Positions 1 to 9,482 of a stretch of 32,412 nucleotides of DNA are shown here, piece after piece. The stretch spans positions 1 through 32,412 of the forward strand of contig JBFRWI010000048.1 in NCBI GenBank assembly GCA_051439505.1, written 5' to 3'. The first letter of the stretch is position 1, and every line of letters starts with the position of its first letter. The translations under genes and the position numbers were made by a program. The notes under the pieces are model-generated. The model did no database searches. It was not told where the DNA came from and was given only the letters and a program-made list of their open reading frames with translations. The stretch is from Hormoscilla sp. Its GTDB lineage: Bacteria > Cyanobacteriota > Cyanobacteriia > Cyanobacteriales > Desertifilaceae.

Positions 1-126
1 AGGATCCCCCCCAAACCCCCCCTTCCAAAAGGGGGGGGTTCCGGAAGCCCCCCAATAAAGGGGGGTTTGGGGGGATCCGGCGACTGGGAGGGCCGCCCGA
101 ACGATCAACGGGTTTTGACCACACCC
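1..126 (-). mobile_element. Partial copy (cut by window edge) of the 150-bp MITE at 7986-8135, in opposite orientation
   Basis: Near-identical reverse complement of 7986-8111; ends in the terminal repeat TTTTGACCACACCC (113-126). Confidence 0.85.
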
Positions 127-177
127 CGCGCAGGCGGGCTTTGTTACTGTAGCCGGGCCCTTTAGGGTTCGGGCGGC
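127..177 (+). repeat. REP-like double-hairpin repeat, same family as the 77-bp units at 7884-8332
   Basis: cgcgcaggcgggct...gtagccgggccctttagggttcggg resembles the reverse complement of gccccgcaccctcaagggtgcggctac...agcccgcctgcgcggg. Confidence 0.7.
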
Positions 178-183
178 AAGGTT

Positions 184-708
184 CTAATAAGCGTCCTGCA
201 ACTCGTAGAAGTCAGGGGAGATGTAATCCTTCCTTAAAGGCCAGCCTACCCAATCTTCTGGCATTAAAATTCGCTTCAGGTTCGGATGACCTTCGTAGAT
301 GATGCCATACATATCATAGGATTCCCGCTCTTGGAAATCTGCTGCTTTCCAGATCCAATACACCGAAGGGACTCTGGGGTTTTCCCGGGGGAGAAATACC
401 TTCACCCGCACTTCCTCTGGGCGATCGGCATCATCGCTGACCTTAATCAGATGGTAAAAACTGACTAACGCCTCTCCCGGACCAGCATCATAAGCCCCTT
501 GACATTGGAGATAGTTAAACCCGTCGGAATGGAGGGCTTGTGCTACCGGCAGCAGGGATTCTGGTTCTACTTTAATCATCTCGACCCCCAGATGATCCGC
601 TGCTAAGGCTTCATGAGCAAGGTTTTTTTCTGCCAACCATTGGGAAACCTTGCCAGTTTCAACCGGTTCAGATGACTCTGCTGGTACTGGTTTTTCTTCT
701 TCAGCCAC
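184..708 (-). CDS. ndhJ: NAD(P)H-quinone oxidoreductase subunit J
   Basis: Motifs [22 protein letters not shown] and [22 protein letters not shown]; position in ndhCKJ operon; GTG start. Confidence 0.97.
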   Translation of the reverse strand: MAEEEKPVPAESSEPVETGKVSQWLAEKNLAHEALAADHLGVEMIKVEPESLLPVAQALHSDGFNYLQCQGAYDAGPGEALVSFYHLIKVSDDADRPEEVRVKVFLPRENPRVPSVYWIWKAADFQERESYDMYGIIYEGHPNLKRILMPEDWVGWPLRKDYISPDFYELQDAY

Positions 709-1429
709 GGTTTACCTCCTCCTTTTCCGTCGATGCGAGAGCTGGCGGTACCGGCATGCCCATTGCTTCTGTTAATTCCGCAGGCGGTGCTTGCCTTGAT
801 TCAGACTTCAGATACTCGCCTGTTAAAATCGGTTCGACTGCCTTCATCTGGTGAGTGATGCTATAGTATCGGTTAGTTTGTCCGATCCGCTCCCGTTCTT
901 GCAGGGAATCATTGGCGATTTTTTTCCGCAGCTTGACGATCGCATCAATAATTGCTTCTGGCCGGGGAGGGCAACCGGGAATGTAGACATCCACCGGAAT
1001 TAATTTATCTACCCCGCGCACCGCTGAGGGAGAATCCACGCTAAACATCCCACCGGTGATCGTGCAGGCTCCCATGGCGATCACGTATTTGGGTTCGGGC
1101 ATTTGCTCGTACAGACGCACCAGAGTGGGAGCGTACTTCATGGTGATCGTGCCTGCCGTGATCAGTAAGTCAGCTTGGCGGGGGCTAGAACGGGGCACGA
1201 GGCCAAAGCGATCGAAGTCAAACCGAGACCCGATCAGGGCCGCAAACTCAATGAAGCAGCAGGCCGTGCCGTACAGCAGGGGCCACAGGGAAGATAGCCG
1301 GGCCCAGTTGTAGAGGTCATCTACCGTTGTCAGGATGACGTTTTCCGAGAGTTCGCTAGTGACTTGCGGGCGTTCTACCGGGTTGATCAGTTGCTGTTTG
1401 ATATCTGAGGTTGTCGTATTTACGACCAT
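701..1429 (-). CDS. ndhK: NAD(P)H-quinone oxidoreductase subunit K
   Basis: [40 protein letters not shown] at 1429 overlapping the ndhC end is preferred over 1450. Confidence 0.97.
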   Translation of the reverse strand: MVVNTTTSDIKQQLINPVERPQVTSELSENVILTTVDDLYNWARLSSLWPLLYGTACCFIEFAALIGSRFDFDRFGLVPRSSPRQADLLITAGTITMKYAPTLVRLYEQMPEPKYVIAMGACTITGGMFSVDSPSAVRGVDKLIPVDVYIPGCPPRPEAIIDAIVKLRKKIANDSLQERERIGQTNRYYSITHQMKAVEPILTGEYLKSESRQAPPAELTEAMGMPVPPALASTEKEEVNRG

Positions 1430-1782
1430 TCTAATGCTCCTTTTCTCCAAGCGTAGACAAGACCGACGACCAGAATGCCAATGAAAATCAGGGCTTCGAT
1501 AAAGGCGAGGAGTCCTAGCTTGCTAAATGCTACTGCCCAGGGGTACAGAAATACTGTCTCCACATCGAATATGACAAAGACTAGGGCGAACATGTAGTAG
1601 CGAATGTTGAACTGGATCCAAGCCCCCCCTACTGGTTCAATGCCAGACTCGTAAGTGCTGCGTCGTTCTGGACCGCGAGTACGGGGGCCGACTAGCTTGG
1701 AAACGCTCAGTGCTCCCACGGGTACTAACGCGCAGATTAGTAGGAAGCCTAAGAAGTATTCGTAGCCGGTGAGGACAAACAC
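1420..1782 (-). CDS. ndhC: NAD(P)H-quinone oxidoreductase subunit 3
   Basis: [40 protein letters not shown]. Confidence 0.97.
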   Translation of the reverse strand: MFVLTGYEYFLGFLLICALVPVGALSVSKLVGPRTRGPERRSTYESGIEPVGGAWIQFNIRYYMFALVFVIFDVETVFLYPWAVAFSKLGLLAFIEALIFIGILVVGLVYAWRKGALEWS

Positions 1783-1938
1783 AATCGATAATTTATAACC
1801 TTCTATGGACGCTTTACATTTTTACATATTTGGTTCCCGGTTGCAGAATCCCCCACCAGATCCCGGTTCCATAGCGTCAGGCGATCGTCCCCCTCCTTTC
1901 CGGAACACCGGCACTATCAAACAACAGGTGAGAACAAC

Positions 1939-2213
1939 CCGATCAAGGCGGTCAGACCATCCGACCAAGGCGGTCAGACCATCTGACTAAGGCGGTCAGA
2001 CTATCGGACTGCGCCAGGGACAGTATCGGACTGCGGCAGAGACAGTATCGGACTGCGGTAGGGACAGTATCCGACCAAGGCGGGGACAGTATCCGACCAA
2101 GGCGGGGACAGTATCGGACTGCGGCGGGGACACTATCCGACTAAGGCGGTCAGACCATCTGACCAAGGCGGTCAGACCATCCGACCAAGGCGGTCAGACC
2201 ATCCGACCAAGGC
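1939..2213. repeat. Tandem array of about 12.5 units of 22 bp built from interchangeable 11-bp halves
   Basis: Units CCGACCAAGGC-GGTCAGACCAT, CGGACTGCGGC-AGAGACAGTAT and hybrid CCGACCAAGGC-GGGGACAGTAT, at a strict 22-bp period. Confidence 0.9.
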
Positions 2214-2488
2214 AGACGTGAGTTCGACAACTCCGAACTCCGAACTCATTGAGGTCCGCCGGTAACAAAACCACAGAAAGAGTGCCTTCTGTATTGATCC
2301 TATACCGAGGGCTCCTGACGGGGCTGCAGCCGGCTTCCGGTCGGAAAAACACACCTAAAACCAGCCAGCAGGATCCTCACGTTCGATCGCCGCTGTTGAT
2401 AGTTCTCTAACTTTTTTGCGGATATTTTCTGGTTGTTGCTCAAACATATTAATTCAGGGCAAACGCCAATATCATGATGTAATTAATT

Positions 2489-2676
2489 AACTGAGATCTT
2501 GCACCATTGTCAATTAGTCAATTAGTCTCATAGCCCGCCGTGGGTTCAAACCCACGGCTAATAGCTAAAGTGGGTTAAAACCCACTAAAAGCATTATACC
2601 CTCGTTCCCTGGCTCCGCCTGGGAACGCGCGGCGCGAGGCGGAGCCTCTAGTTGAGAATGGTGCAAGATCTGAGTT
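2489..2676. mobile_element. MITE-like element with inverted ends, carrying nested palindromic repeats
   Basis: Ends aactgagatcttgcaccatt / aatggtgcaagatctgagtt (1 mismatch in 20); possible 6-bp target duplication TTAATT (2483-2488, 2677-2682); no ORF. Confidence 0.75.
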
Positions 2677-2701
2677 TTAATTTTAACCGACTCCTACCGA
2701 G

Positions 2702-3802
2702 TTACCTGGATCCCGCCTGGTAACTCGGGGGTTTTAACCCCCGGCGGGCTAACTTTTTAATAGCGGCTTTCATTTCCTCCAGTTTCTGCTCCAGACTCCT
2801 GCTTTTCAGTAATTCTTCAGCTTTGTTAATTCCCGATGATATATTAGCACAAACCCCACAACGCCAGAGATAAAAACCGCCGTTCCAAATTGCTGCTGGC
2901 ATCAATTTCGATTCCTTTCCTCGCACCACTTGCTCGATCTCTGTCAGGAGTTGTGCCTCAGACTCGATCGCCACATCATTCCCCTGTAAACCATATTCTC
3001 TCGGAGATGCTTTCAGATATGCAAAACCTTCGGTACTTTCTGGTTCGCTAACAGAGACGATCGTAGTTTGGGAAAGTCGCAAATCGCAGCTACCCTCTAG
3101 TCCCTTGACTAAAGTATATTTTGTTTGCTCCCGCAGCTTAAATGTTTTTTTGAGCGTCGCTTCTGTGGGCGGATGGACGTAACCAGCAATCTGATGAACG
3201 TTATGTTTATAGGGAGACCAAATTAACTCTAAAGTTGCCAAGGGGGGACGCTTGCCAATTTGATCTCGATAGGCAACTAAGGGTTCAGTTTGGGGGAAAT
3301 GTTTTGGTATATAGATAAAAGCCAACCCTGTTTCTACCAGTAATGAGTGCAACTCTGCTAATGTCAACTCATCAAAATCCAATCCCAAGCTTTTCCAGAT
3401 GTTAAATGCCGGAATACCATACTTGCTTGCCATTCTATTACCGCCATGCATAATCACCCCCAGGCCCGAAACCGCCAGCAGTAAAGCGGTAATTTGACTA
3501 ACGGGAGCAGTTCGCGATCGCCCGTCGTAGGGAACCCCCAAGACAACTACCTCTTTGGAAGGATCTGGTAATGGTTCCAGTTGCGGTCCCAGTTGCTCAT
3601 AGGCATCCAACATACCTGCTAGTTCCATTGCCGTGGGTCGTTTAATCCGGTGAGCAATCAGAAAAGCACCAATTTGAGCCGGAGTTGCTTCTCCCTGGAG
3701 CATCATCCGCGCTGCGGTAGCAGCTTCCGAGCGAGTTAAATCCTTGTGGGTATGCTCGCCGCTACCGACTTTTTGCAATAATTCTCGAAACTCTTTGCTC
3801 AT
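2702..3802 (-). CDS. Anthranilate phosphoribosyltransferase-family (TrpD-like/YbiB-like) protein
   Basis: KVGSGEHTHKDLTRSEA, ATPAQIGAFLIAHRIK, PYDGRSRT, GYVHPPTE, VKGLEGS; likely start is the ATG at 3802. Confidence 0.85.
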   Translation of the reverse strand: MSKEFRELLQKVGSGEHTHKDLTRSEAATAARMMLQGEATPAQIGAFLIAHRIKRPTAMELAGMLDAYEQLGPQLEPLPDPSKEVVVLGVPYDGRSRTAPVSQITALLLAVSGLGVIMHGGNRMASKYGIPAFNIWKSLGLDFDELTLAELHSLLVETGLAFIYIPKHFPQTEPLVAYRDQIGKRPPLATLELIWSPYKHNVHQIAGYVHPPTEATLKKTFKLREQTKYTLVKGLEGSCDLRLSQTTIVSVSEPESTEGFAYLKASPREYGLQGNDVAIESEAQLLTEIEQVVRGKESKLMPAAIWNGGFYLWRCGVCANISSGINKAEELLKSRSLEQKLEEMKAAIKKLARRGLKPPSYQAGSR

Positions 3803-3940
3803 AATCTCATTCGAGAGAATGATCAATAATAGCACTCTCACAGATGTAATTGCCCGATCGCCTCTCCTACTGAGCTTGCGGGAGAGATGCACCCAGACGA
3901 CCAGTGGTAAAATGAGCGTGACAATCAGCAACGATTTGCC

Positions 3941-4135
3941 ATGAACTCAGAACAGACAGCGATCGACTGGTCTGAGGATGTAGAGCGTCAGGCCCTGTTA
4001 ATGGACTTGGCCTTAGATCCAGAACATCTCCCTGGCGTCGCGGCCAACTTTGAGCGCATTGCCGCGATCGCCCAACTGGTGACAGACTTTCCCCTGCCAG
4101 CCGACATTTCCCCCGCACCGGTCTTCCAGCCCTAA
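3941..4135 (+). CDS. DUF4089 / AtzG-like small protein
   Basis: 64 aa; [17 protein letters not shown]...PAPVFQP pattern. Confidence 0.75.
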   Translation: MNSEQTAIDWSEDVERQALLMDLALDPEHLPGVAANFERIAAIAQLVTDFPLPADISPAPVFQP

Positions 4136-4547
4136 CTTTCCATACACCGGTCTTAAGCAATTGGTAAATTCCAAATTCAGCAATTCTGTATATGGCTGCA
4201 CACGCTTCGCTATCGCCACAGGGCTGCGTGTCCTGCGCGAAGGGGAAAGCCTCTTAGGGCAAGGGTTTCAGCATAAGAAGCCTAGCAATTTAAATGCGCG
4301 ACAGCTTAGCTCTGTCTCTGACCGGTTATCTGGCGATCGCCTGGTTTATCTAAAAAAGCTACAGATTAATAAATGTGAATCTATATATTCTAGAGTATAT
4401 ATGTTCGTGAACGCTCACCGATCTGTAGCGACTCAAAAAAAAAGAAGTGAAAAGAACCAAAAACTTGAAAAAGTACCCAAAGATGTAATAAGATTTAACA
4501 TAGATTTTAAGATTTCAGGCAAAAAAGCTGAGGAGGCTACCGGCGCA

Positions 4548-4892
4548 ATGAGCACCGAAACGCCCGAGACAAAAGCAGAACAGGCGCTAGATCGATATGA
4601 ATGTCGATCCTGTGGTTACATTTACGAGCCCACAAAAGGTGATGACCAGGGTAAAATTTCCCCAGGAACACCCTTCACTGAGTTGCCAGCTTCTTGGCGC
4701 TGTCCCGTTTGCGGGGCCAGAGTTTCCCAGTTTGAGGACATTGGTGTGGCCGGAGAAGCCTCTGGATTTGCAGAGAATCTGGGTTATGGGTTTGGCGTCA
4801 ACTCGATGACGCCAGCACAAAAGAATCTACTGATTTTTAGTGCCCTGCTATTGGGATTCTTGTTCTTTATCAGTCTTTATGGCTTAAACTAA
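4548..4892 (+). CDS. rubA: Membrane-anchored rubredoxin A
   Basis: [10 protein letters not shown] and WRCPVCG Cys pairs, C-terminal TM helix, directly upstream of ycf48; ATG at 4548. Confidence 0.95.
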   Translation: MSTETPETKAEQALDRYECRSCGYIYEPTKGDDQGKISPGTPFTELPASWRCPVCGARVSQFEDIGVAGEASGFAENLGYGFGVNSMTPAQKNLLIFSALLLGFLFFISLYGLN

Positions 4893-4920
4893 AACCCTGG
4901 CTTTGGTTCATACCCAGTAA

Positions 4921-5940
4921 GTGAAGGCGATGCAATTAATTGTCAAACAGTTTCAGCGAGCTGTAACGTTATTAGTAGTAGTGCTGCTCTGTGTGAGCTG
5001 CAAAAATTCCTATTTGCCATCGACGACGTATAATCCTTGGCAACAGGTAGAGATACCAACAGATTCTACCCTACAGGACATAGGGTTCACTTCGGACCTG
5101 ATGCATGGGTGGTTGGTAGGCAGCAACGAGACAATCTTGGAAACCACAGACGGCGGCCAAACATGGGAACCGAGAACTCTGGATTTGGATGGGCTAAAAA
5201 CTCGCTTGACATCGGTGAGTTTTTACGATCGGGAAGGATGGATGGTGGGCATCCCTTCAATCCTACTGCATACCACAGATGAAGGTAAGACATGGTCTCG
5301 GATCCCGTTGAGCGCTAAACTACCGGGCAGTACCAAAAGTATATTGGCTCTCGGACCATCATCGGCAGAGATGACGACAGATGTGGGGGCAATATATCGG
5401 ACGACAGACGGTGGCAAAAGCTGGAAGGCGATGGTGAAACAAGCAGTGGGGGTGTTTAGAAATGTATCTCGATCGGCTGATGGCAAGTACGTGACAGTAT
5501 CGGCCAAGGGTAATTTCTATTCGACTTGGACCCCAGGTGAAGATGCCTGGGAAGCCCATAACCGCAATAGTTCCCGCCGCGTCCAGAATATGGGGTTTGG
5601 CAAAGACGATCGGTTGTGGATGCTGGCCAGAGGCGGTCAGATCCAGTTTACCAAACCAGGTAACTACCAGGAGTGGGAACCAGCTATGTACCCGGAAAAG
5701 GCCACTAGCTGGGGTTTACTAGATTTGGCATATCGCACCCCCACAGAAATTTGGGTGGCTGGTGGCAGTGGGAATTTGCTGTGTAGTTTCGATGGTGGAG
5801 AAACATGGCAAAAAGACCGGGGAGTAGAAGATATCCCTTCTAATTTTTACAAGATTATCTTCTTGACGCCAGAGAAGGGGTTTATCATTGGTAACAATGG
5901 CGTGTTACTGAAATATCAGCAGCCATCGGCAGCTGCATGA
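4921..5940 (+). CDS. ycf48: Photosystem II assembly factor Ycf48/HCF136
   Basis: Lipoprotein-like signal (LCVSC), BNR repeats TxDGGxTW, HNRNSSRRVQNMGF; lies between rubA and psbE. Confidence 0.96.
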   Translation: MKAMQLIVKQFQRAVTLLVVVLLCVSCKNSYLPSTTYNPWQQVEIPTDSTLQDIGFTSDLMHGWLVGSNETILETTDGGQTWEPRTLDLDGLKTRLTSVSFYDREGWMVGIPSILLHTTDEGKTWSRIPLSAKLPGSTKSILALGPSSAEMTTDVGAIYRTTDGGKSWKAMVKQAVGVFRNVSRSADGKYVTVSAKGNFYSTWTPGEDAWEAHNRNSSRRVQNMGFGKDDRLWMLARGGQIQFTKPGNYQEWEPAMYPEKATSWGLLDLAYRTPTEIWVAGGSGNLLCSFDGGETWQKDRGVEDIPSNFYKIIFLTPEKGFIIGNNGVLLKYQQPSAAA

Positions 5941-5995
5941 TGTTGGGTATCATAGTAGGAGTTGGTCCAATTTCTGTAGATAGGAGCAAGAAAAA

Positions 5996-6244
5996 ATGTC
6001 ATCAGGTTCGACTGGAGAACGTCCCTTTGGGGATATTATTACTAGCATTCGCTATTGGTTGATTCACAGTATCACGATCCCGATGCTGTTTGTTGCGGGC
6101 TGGCTATTTGTGAGCACGGGCTTGGCATATGATGTATTTGGCACCCCCCGACCCAATGAGTATTTTACTCAGGATCGGCAGGAACTCCCGATCGTGACTG
6201 ACCGCTTCGGGGGCAGCAAGCAAATCGAGGAGTTTAATAAGTAA
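5996..6244 (+). CDS. psbE: Cytochrome b559 alpha subunit
   Basis: [23 protein letters not shown]...[10 protein letters not shown]. Confidence 0.98.
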   Translation: MSSGSTGERPFGDIITSIRYWLIHSITIPMLFVAGWLFVSTGLAYDVFGTPRPNEYFTQDRQELPIVTDRFGGSKQIEEFNK

Positions 6245-6251
6245 TGTCAGC

Positions 6252-6316
6252 GGTCACTGGTCAGTGGTCACTGGTCACTGGTCAGTTGGTAGTTGGTAGG
6301 GTGGGCACTGCCCACC
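6252..6316 (+). repeat. Heptamer tandem repeat (GGTCAST)5 followed by a GTAG-type REP palindrome
   Basis: ggtcact/ggtcagt units at 6252-6286; GTAG-GGTGGGCACTGCCCACC at 6296-6316. Confidence 0.85.
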
Positions 6317-6380
6317 AAGAGGTAATCCTGTCTGACTCCTGTTATTAGAGAGGGGACTTGGATCGCATCACTACAGATGA

Positions 6381-6593
<213 letters not shown>

Positions 6594-6601
6594 GGGGAAT
6601 C

Positions 6602-6724
6602 ATGGATCGCAATTCCAGTAATCCGAATAAGCAGCCAGTAGAGTTAAACCGGACTTCACTTTACTTGGGTATGCTGTTAATTTTTGTTCTCGGGATTCTG
6701 TTTTCCAGTTATTTCTTCAACTAA
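6602..6724 (+). CDS. psbL: Photosystem II protein L
   Basis: [34 protein letters not shown]. Confidence 0.98.
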   Translation: MDRNSSNPNKQPVELNRTSLYLGMLLIFVLGILFSSYFFN

Positions 6725-6762
6725 CTGGAGAAGGTCGTGTAATAAGTCAGGAGGAAAAAGCT

Positions 6763-6882
6763 GTGTCTGGAGGCGGAAAAATCCCTCTGTGGATTGTAGC
6801 AACAATAGCCGGTACAGGGGTACTGGTGGTTGTGGGTCTGTTCTTCTATGGTGCCTACGTCGGTATAGGTTCCTCTATGTAA
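6763..6882 (+). CDS. psbJ: Photosystem II protein J (not in the ORF track)
   Basis: Hand translation from [48 protein letters not shown] ribosome-binding site. Confidence 0.96.
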   Translation: MSGGGKIPLWIVATIAGTGVLVVVGLFFYGAYVGIGSSM

Positions 6883-6900
6883 GGGTATAGATCCACGCTC

Positions 6901-6938
6901 AACTAAAAGACCGCCTAGAAATGGGCGGTCTTTTAGTT
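6901..6938. terminator. Bidirectional intrinsic terminator between convergent psbJ and cysH
   Basis: Perfect 15-bp inverted repeat aactaaaagaccgcc / ggcggtcttttagtt with A/T-rich outer arms. Confidence 0.85.
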
Positions 6939-6944
6939 TGACAA

Positions 6945-7760
6945 TCATAATGTACTGGAGTTGAGGCTTTCTGCTTCACCGGGGGTCTGGGGCAGGTGCA
7001 GGCCGCATTCTTGCTTGAGTCCGCGAAAACGGGTGTCCCGATCGCTGGCGTCAGCGAAAGTGAGGGGACGACTGGAATGCCAGTCACCTACGGTGACGTA
7101 ACCCTGGTTGAAGAAGGGATGATAGGGGAGGTTGTGGCTAGTCAGGTATTGATATATGTCTCTAGAGTTCCATTTGAGAATGGGCAATACCTTATATCGA
7201 CCTGATTGTAGGTTGACGAAGCCCAAGGTTTTGCGGTGGTCTGTTTGATCTGCCCGCAGTCCTGCTAGGGATGCTGTGGCCTTCAGTTCCTTTAAGGCCC
7301 GTTGCATGGGTTCTACTTTGCGGATCTGGTCGTAGCGGTTGAATGCTTCCACGTCGTTCTGTTCCCAGAGGCGGCCATATAAGGCTTCCATCCGTGCTGG
7401 AGAAATGTCAGACTGATAGACTTTCAGGTTTAGCTGTAGCCGTTGAGTCAATTGATCGGCAAATCTATAGGTCTCTGGTGGTAGGTAGCCAGTATCAATC
7501 CAAATTACGGGAATATCGGGCACGACGCTAGTGACCATATGTAGCATGACCGCAGACTGGATGCCGAAGCTGCTACTCATTACTAAGCCTTCCCCGAAGG
7601 TCTGGGCCCCCCACTCGACGATCTCTGTGGCCTTGGCCTCCGCTAGTCCCTGGTTTGCGGCTTCCAGATCTAACTGGGGTTTGGATGTATCCCATCGCTG
7701 TGTCCCGATCGGGTTCTTTTGCTGGCGAGATCCGTTGCGATCTAAATGCAGTTGCTGCAT
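6945..7760 (-). CDS. cysH: Phosphoadenylyl-sulfate (PAPS) reductase
   Basis: [35 protein letters not shown]-terminal ECGLH; no Fe-S CC...CxxC motif. Confidence 0.93.
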   Translation of the reverse strand: MQQLHLDRNGSRQQKNPIGTQRWDTSKPQLDLEAANQGLAEAKATEIVEWGAQTFGEGLVMSSSFGIQSAVMLHMVTSVVPDIPVIWIDTGYLPPETYRFADQLTQRLQLNLKVYQSDISPARMEALYGRLWEQNDVEAFNRYDQIRKVEPMQRALKELKATASLAGLRADQTDHRKTLGFVNLQSGRYKVLPILKWNSRDIYQYLTSHNLPYHPFFNQGYVTVGDWHSSRPLTFADASDRDTRFRGLKQECGLHLPQTPGEAESLNSSTL

Positions 7761-7883
7761 AGTTCTCCTTATTTTTATTACTGTTACATGTAATGGTAAA
7801 TTTTACAGTCCTTTAAGTGATGGCTCTTGGGATTTTACGATTAATTTGGGATTTACCTGCAACAGAATTAGCTGCTAGCCTTA

Positions 7884-8332
7884 CCCCACAGCCCCGCACC
7901 CTCAAGGGTGCGGCTACATTACCAAGCCCGCCTGCGCGGGCTGAAGATCCTGTAAGTTCCCCCCACAGCCCCGCACCCTCAAGGGGGGTGTGGTCAAAAC
8001 CCGTTGATCGTTCGGGCGGCCCTCCCAGTCACCGGATCCCCCCAAACCCCCCTTAAAAAGGGGGGCTTCCGGAGCCCCCCCTTTTGGAAGGGGGGGTTTG
8101 GGGGGGATCCTCTCCAACTACTTTTGACCACACCCCCTCAAGGGTGCGGCTACATTACCAAGCCCGCCTGCGCGGGCTGAAGATCCTGTAAGTTCCCCCC
8201 GCAGTCCCGCACCCTCAAGGGTGCGGCTACATTACCAAGCCCGCCTGCGCGGGCTGAAGATCCTGTAAGTTCCCCCCGCAGCCCCGCACCCTCAAGGGTG
8301 CGGCTACATTACCAAGCCCGCCTGCGCGGGCT
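7884..8332. repeat. Four tandem 77-bp REP-like double-hairpin units; the second is interrupted by a MITE
   Basis: Unit gccccgcaccctcaagggtgcggctacattaccaagcccgcctgcgcgggctgaagatcctgtaagttcccccc(a/g)ca starts at 7891, 7968, 8204, 8281; reads GTAG-hairpin on the minus strand. Confidence 0.92.
7986..8135 (+). mobile_element. 150-bp MITE with 14-bp terminal inverted repeats and 9-bp target-site duplication
   Basis: GGGTGTGGTCAAAA (7986-7999) / TTTTGACCACACCC (8122-8135); CCTCAAGGG duplicated at 7977-7985 and 8136-8144; uninterrupted sister units show the empty site. Confidence 0.9.
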
Positions 8333-8376
8333 AGATTACTTGCATTGAGATGATCCCCATTCTTTCTCCCACCTGA

Positions 8377-8916
8377 CTACTCCCTGAAATCTTTGACAAA
8401 ACCATTCTCAGCAGGGGCATTACCCAAGTTGACATCCGGCTGAGAATCTGCCGCCGGGTTTTGGATAGAGATTTCTGGGGGTAGCGGGATAGTTATTTGT
8501 AGGAAGGCATCAATTTTTATTTGATTGTTATCAAAACTCATATTAGTTATATTAACCACGCTATTTCCTGGGGAACCATCACTGACTGGTAATTTAGCAG
8601 GGGACTGAGTTTGATATCCAGCATCATCAAGCCATTCAGTAATATTTCTCCAGTTTTCTATCTTTTCACCACTTTTGTCCACCAGACTTTTAACGTACTT
8701 ATATATGGTGGCGCAGAGATCCGTTTCCACGCCCTTGACATTTTTGTTCAGCCTTTCAGCAATTTTTGTCGGACTACAGCCACAAAGCAGCCCCCGCAGG
8801 TGCAGCTTCTCAACCGGTGTCAGTCGCTTGCCCTTAGCGGAGGCCAAGTCAGTGTAGAGGGTTTCCAAGTCCCAGTGCTGTGCGGCCTGGGCAAATTGCT
8901 CGTCAGTAGATGTCAT
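8377..8916 (-). CDS. Cyanobacterial helix-turn-helix domain protein, putative regulator
   Basis: LTPVEKLHLRGLLCGCSPTKIAERLNKNVKGVETDL resembles a LuxR/sigma-region-4-like HTH; divergent from the 9483-11646 operon. Confidence 0.75.
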   Translation of the reverse strand: MTSTDEQFAQAAQHWDLETLYTDLASAKGKRLTPVEKLHLRGLLCGCSPTKIAERLNKNVKGVETDLCATIYKYVKSLVDKSGEKIENWRNITEWLDDAGYQTQSPAKLPVSDGSPGNSVVNITNMSFDNNQIKIDAFLQITIPLPPEISIQNPAADSQPDVNLGNAPAENGFVKDFRE

Positions 8917-9447
8917 AGCCGGTCTCTTCCAAATTACTGATAGGATCCTAACACAATTCCTGATACATACCCGGAGATTACTATATAAAGCTAGCTTATG
9001 ATAAGCAATGTAGCAGTTGACAGCGGTGCGAGGCTACAGGGAAAGAGGGCGAGAGAGTGTCTAAGCTCAAGCAGCCGGTGATGGAAATGGCCATCCGGAC
9101 GTTACCTCAACCAAAAAACTGTCCAAGTGCCGGTCTCATGCCGCCAAACTGCTCGTAAGTAGATGCAATAGCTGGTAGAATCCTAAATTACTGATGTAAT
9201 CCTAATACTATTCCTGATACACACCCGTAAATTACTAAGTGAAGCTAGCTTAAGATAAGTAGGAGAGGAGTTTACAGCGGTGCGATGCTACAGGTCAAAA
9301 GGGCGAGAGAGTCTAAGCCCAAGCAGCCAGCGACTAGCACGATCCGGACGTTAGCCAAGTCGGCGCAGTCTAAATTACATCAGTAATTCTAACATAATTA
9401 CTGATGTACACACTTGTATAACTAAGAAAAGCTAGCTTAAGAATAGG
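8869..9447 (+). promoter_or_regulatory. Triplicated promoter/operator module (two diverged copies of about 253 bp plus a third partial copy)
   Basis: AAGCTAGCTT palindrome at 8988, 9242, 9429, each running into TATGAT/TAAGAT/TAAGAA; AATTACTGAT-like boxes upstream; perfect 13-bp inverted repeat at 9376-9408. Confidence 0.6.
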
Positions 9448-9482
9448 TAAAACAGGAATTGTTTGCTGAGAGGAGAGGAACT

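Noticed and set aside
1939..2213. CRISPR array
   Set aside because: Units are contiguous with no unique spacers, and there are no cas genes in the window.
3803..3931. N-terminal extension of the TrpD-like protein
   Set aside because: The family-like sequence begins at MSKEFRELL (3802); the extension covers the divergent promoter region.
4161..4547. N-terminal extension of rubredoxin shown in the ORF track
   Set aside because: It has no domain-like character; the ATG at 4548 has an upstream GAGGAGG and gives the normal RubA length.
7817..8117. Pro/Gly-rich ORFs across the MITE and REP units
   Set aside because: They are translations of GC-rich repeat DNA.
7884..8332. CRISPR array of palindromic repeats
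   Set aside because: The sequences between the hairpins are near-identical in every unit, so these are tandem REP-like units.
8990..9360. Retron msr-msd RNA or a graspetide/microviridin precursor for the ATP-grasp enzyme
   Set aside because: There is no reverse transcriptase and no PFFARFL-type leader or core motif. The short ORFs do not share start codons between copies.
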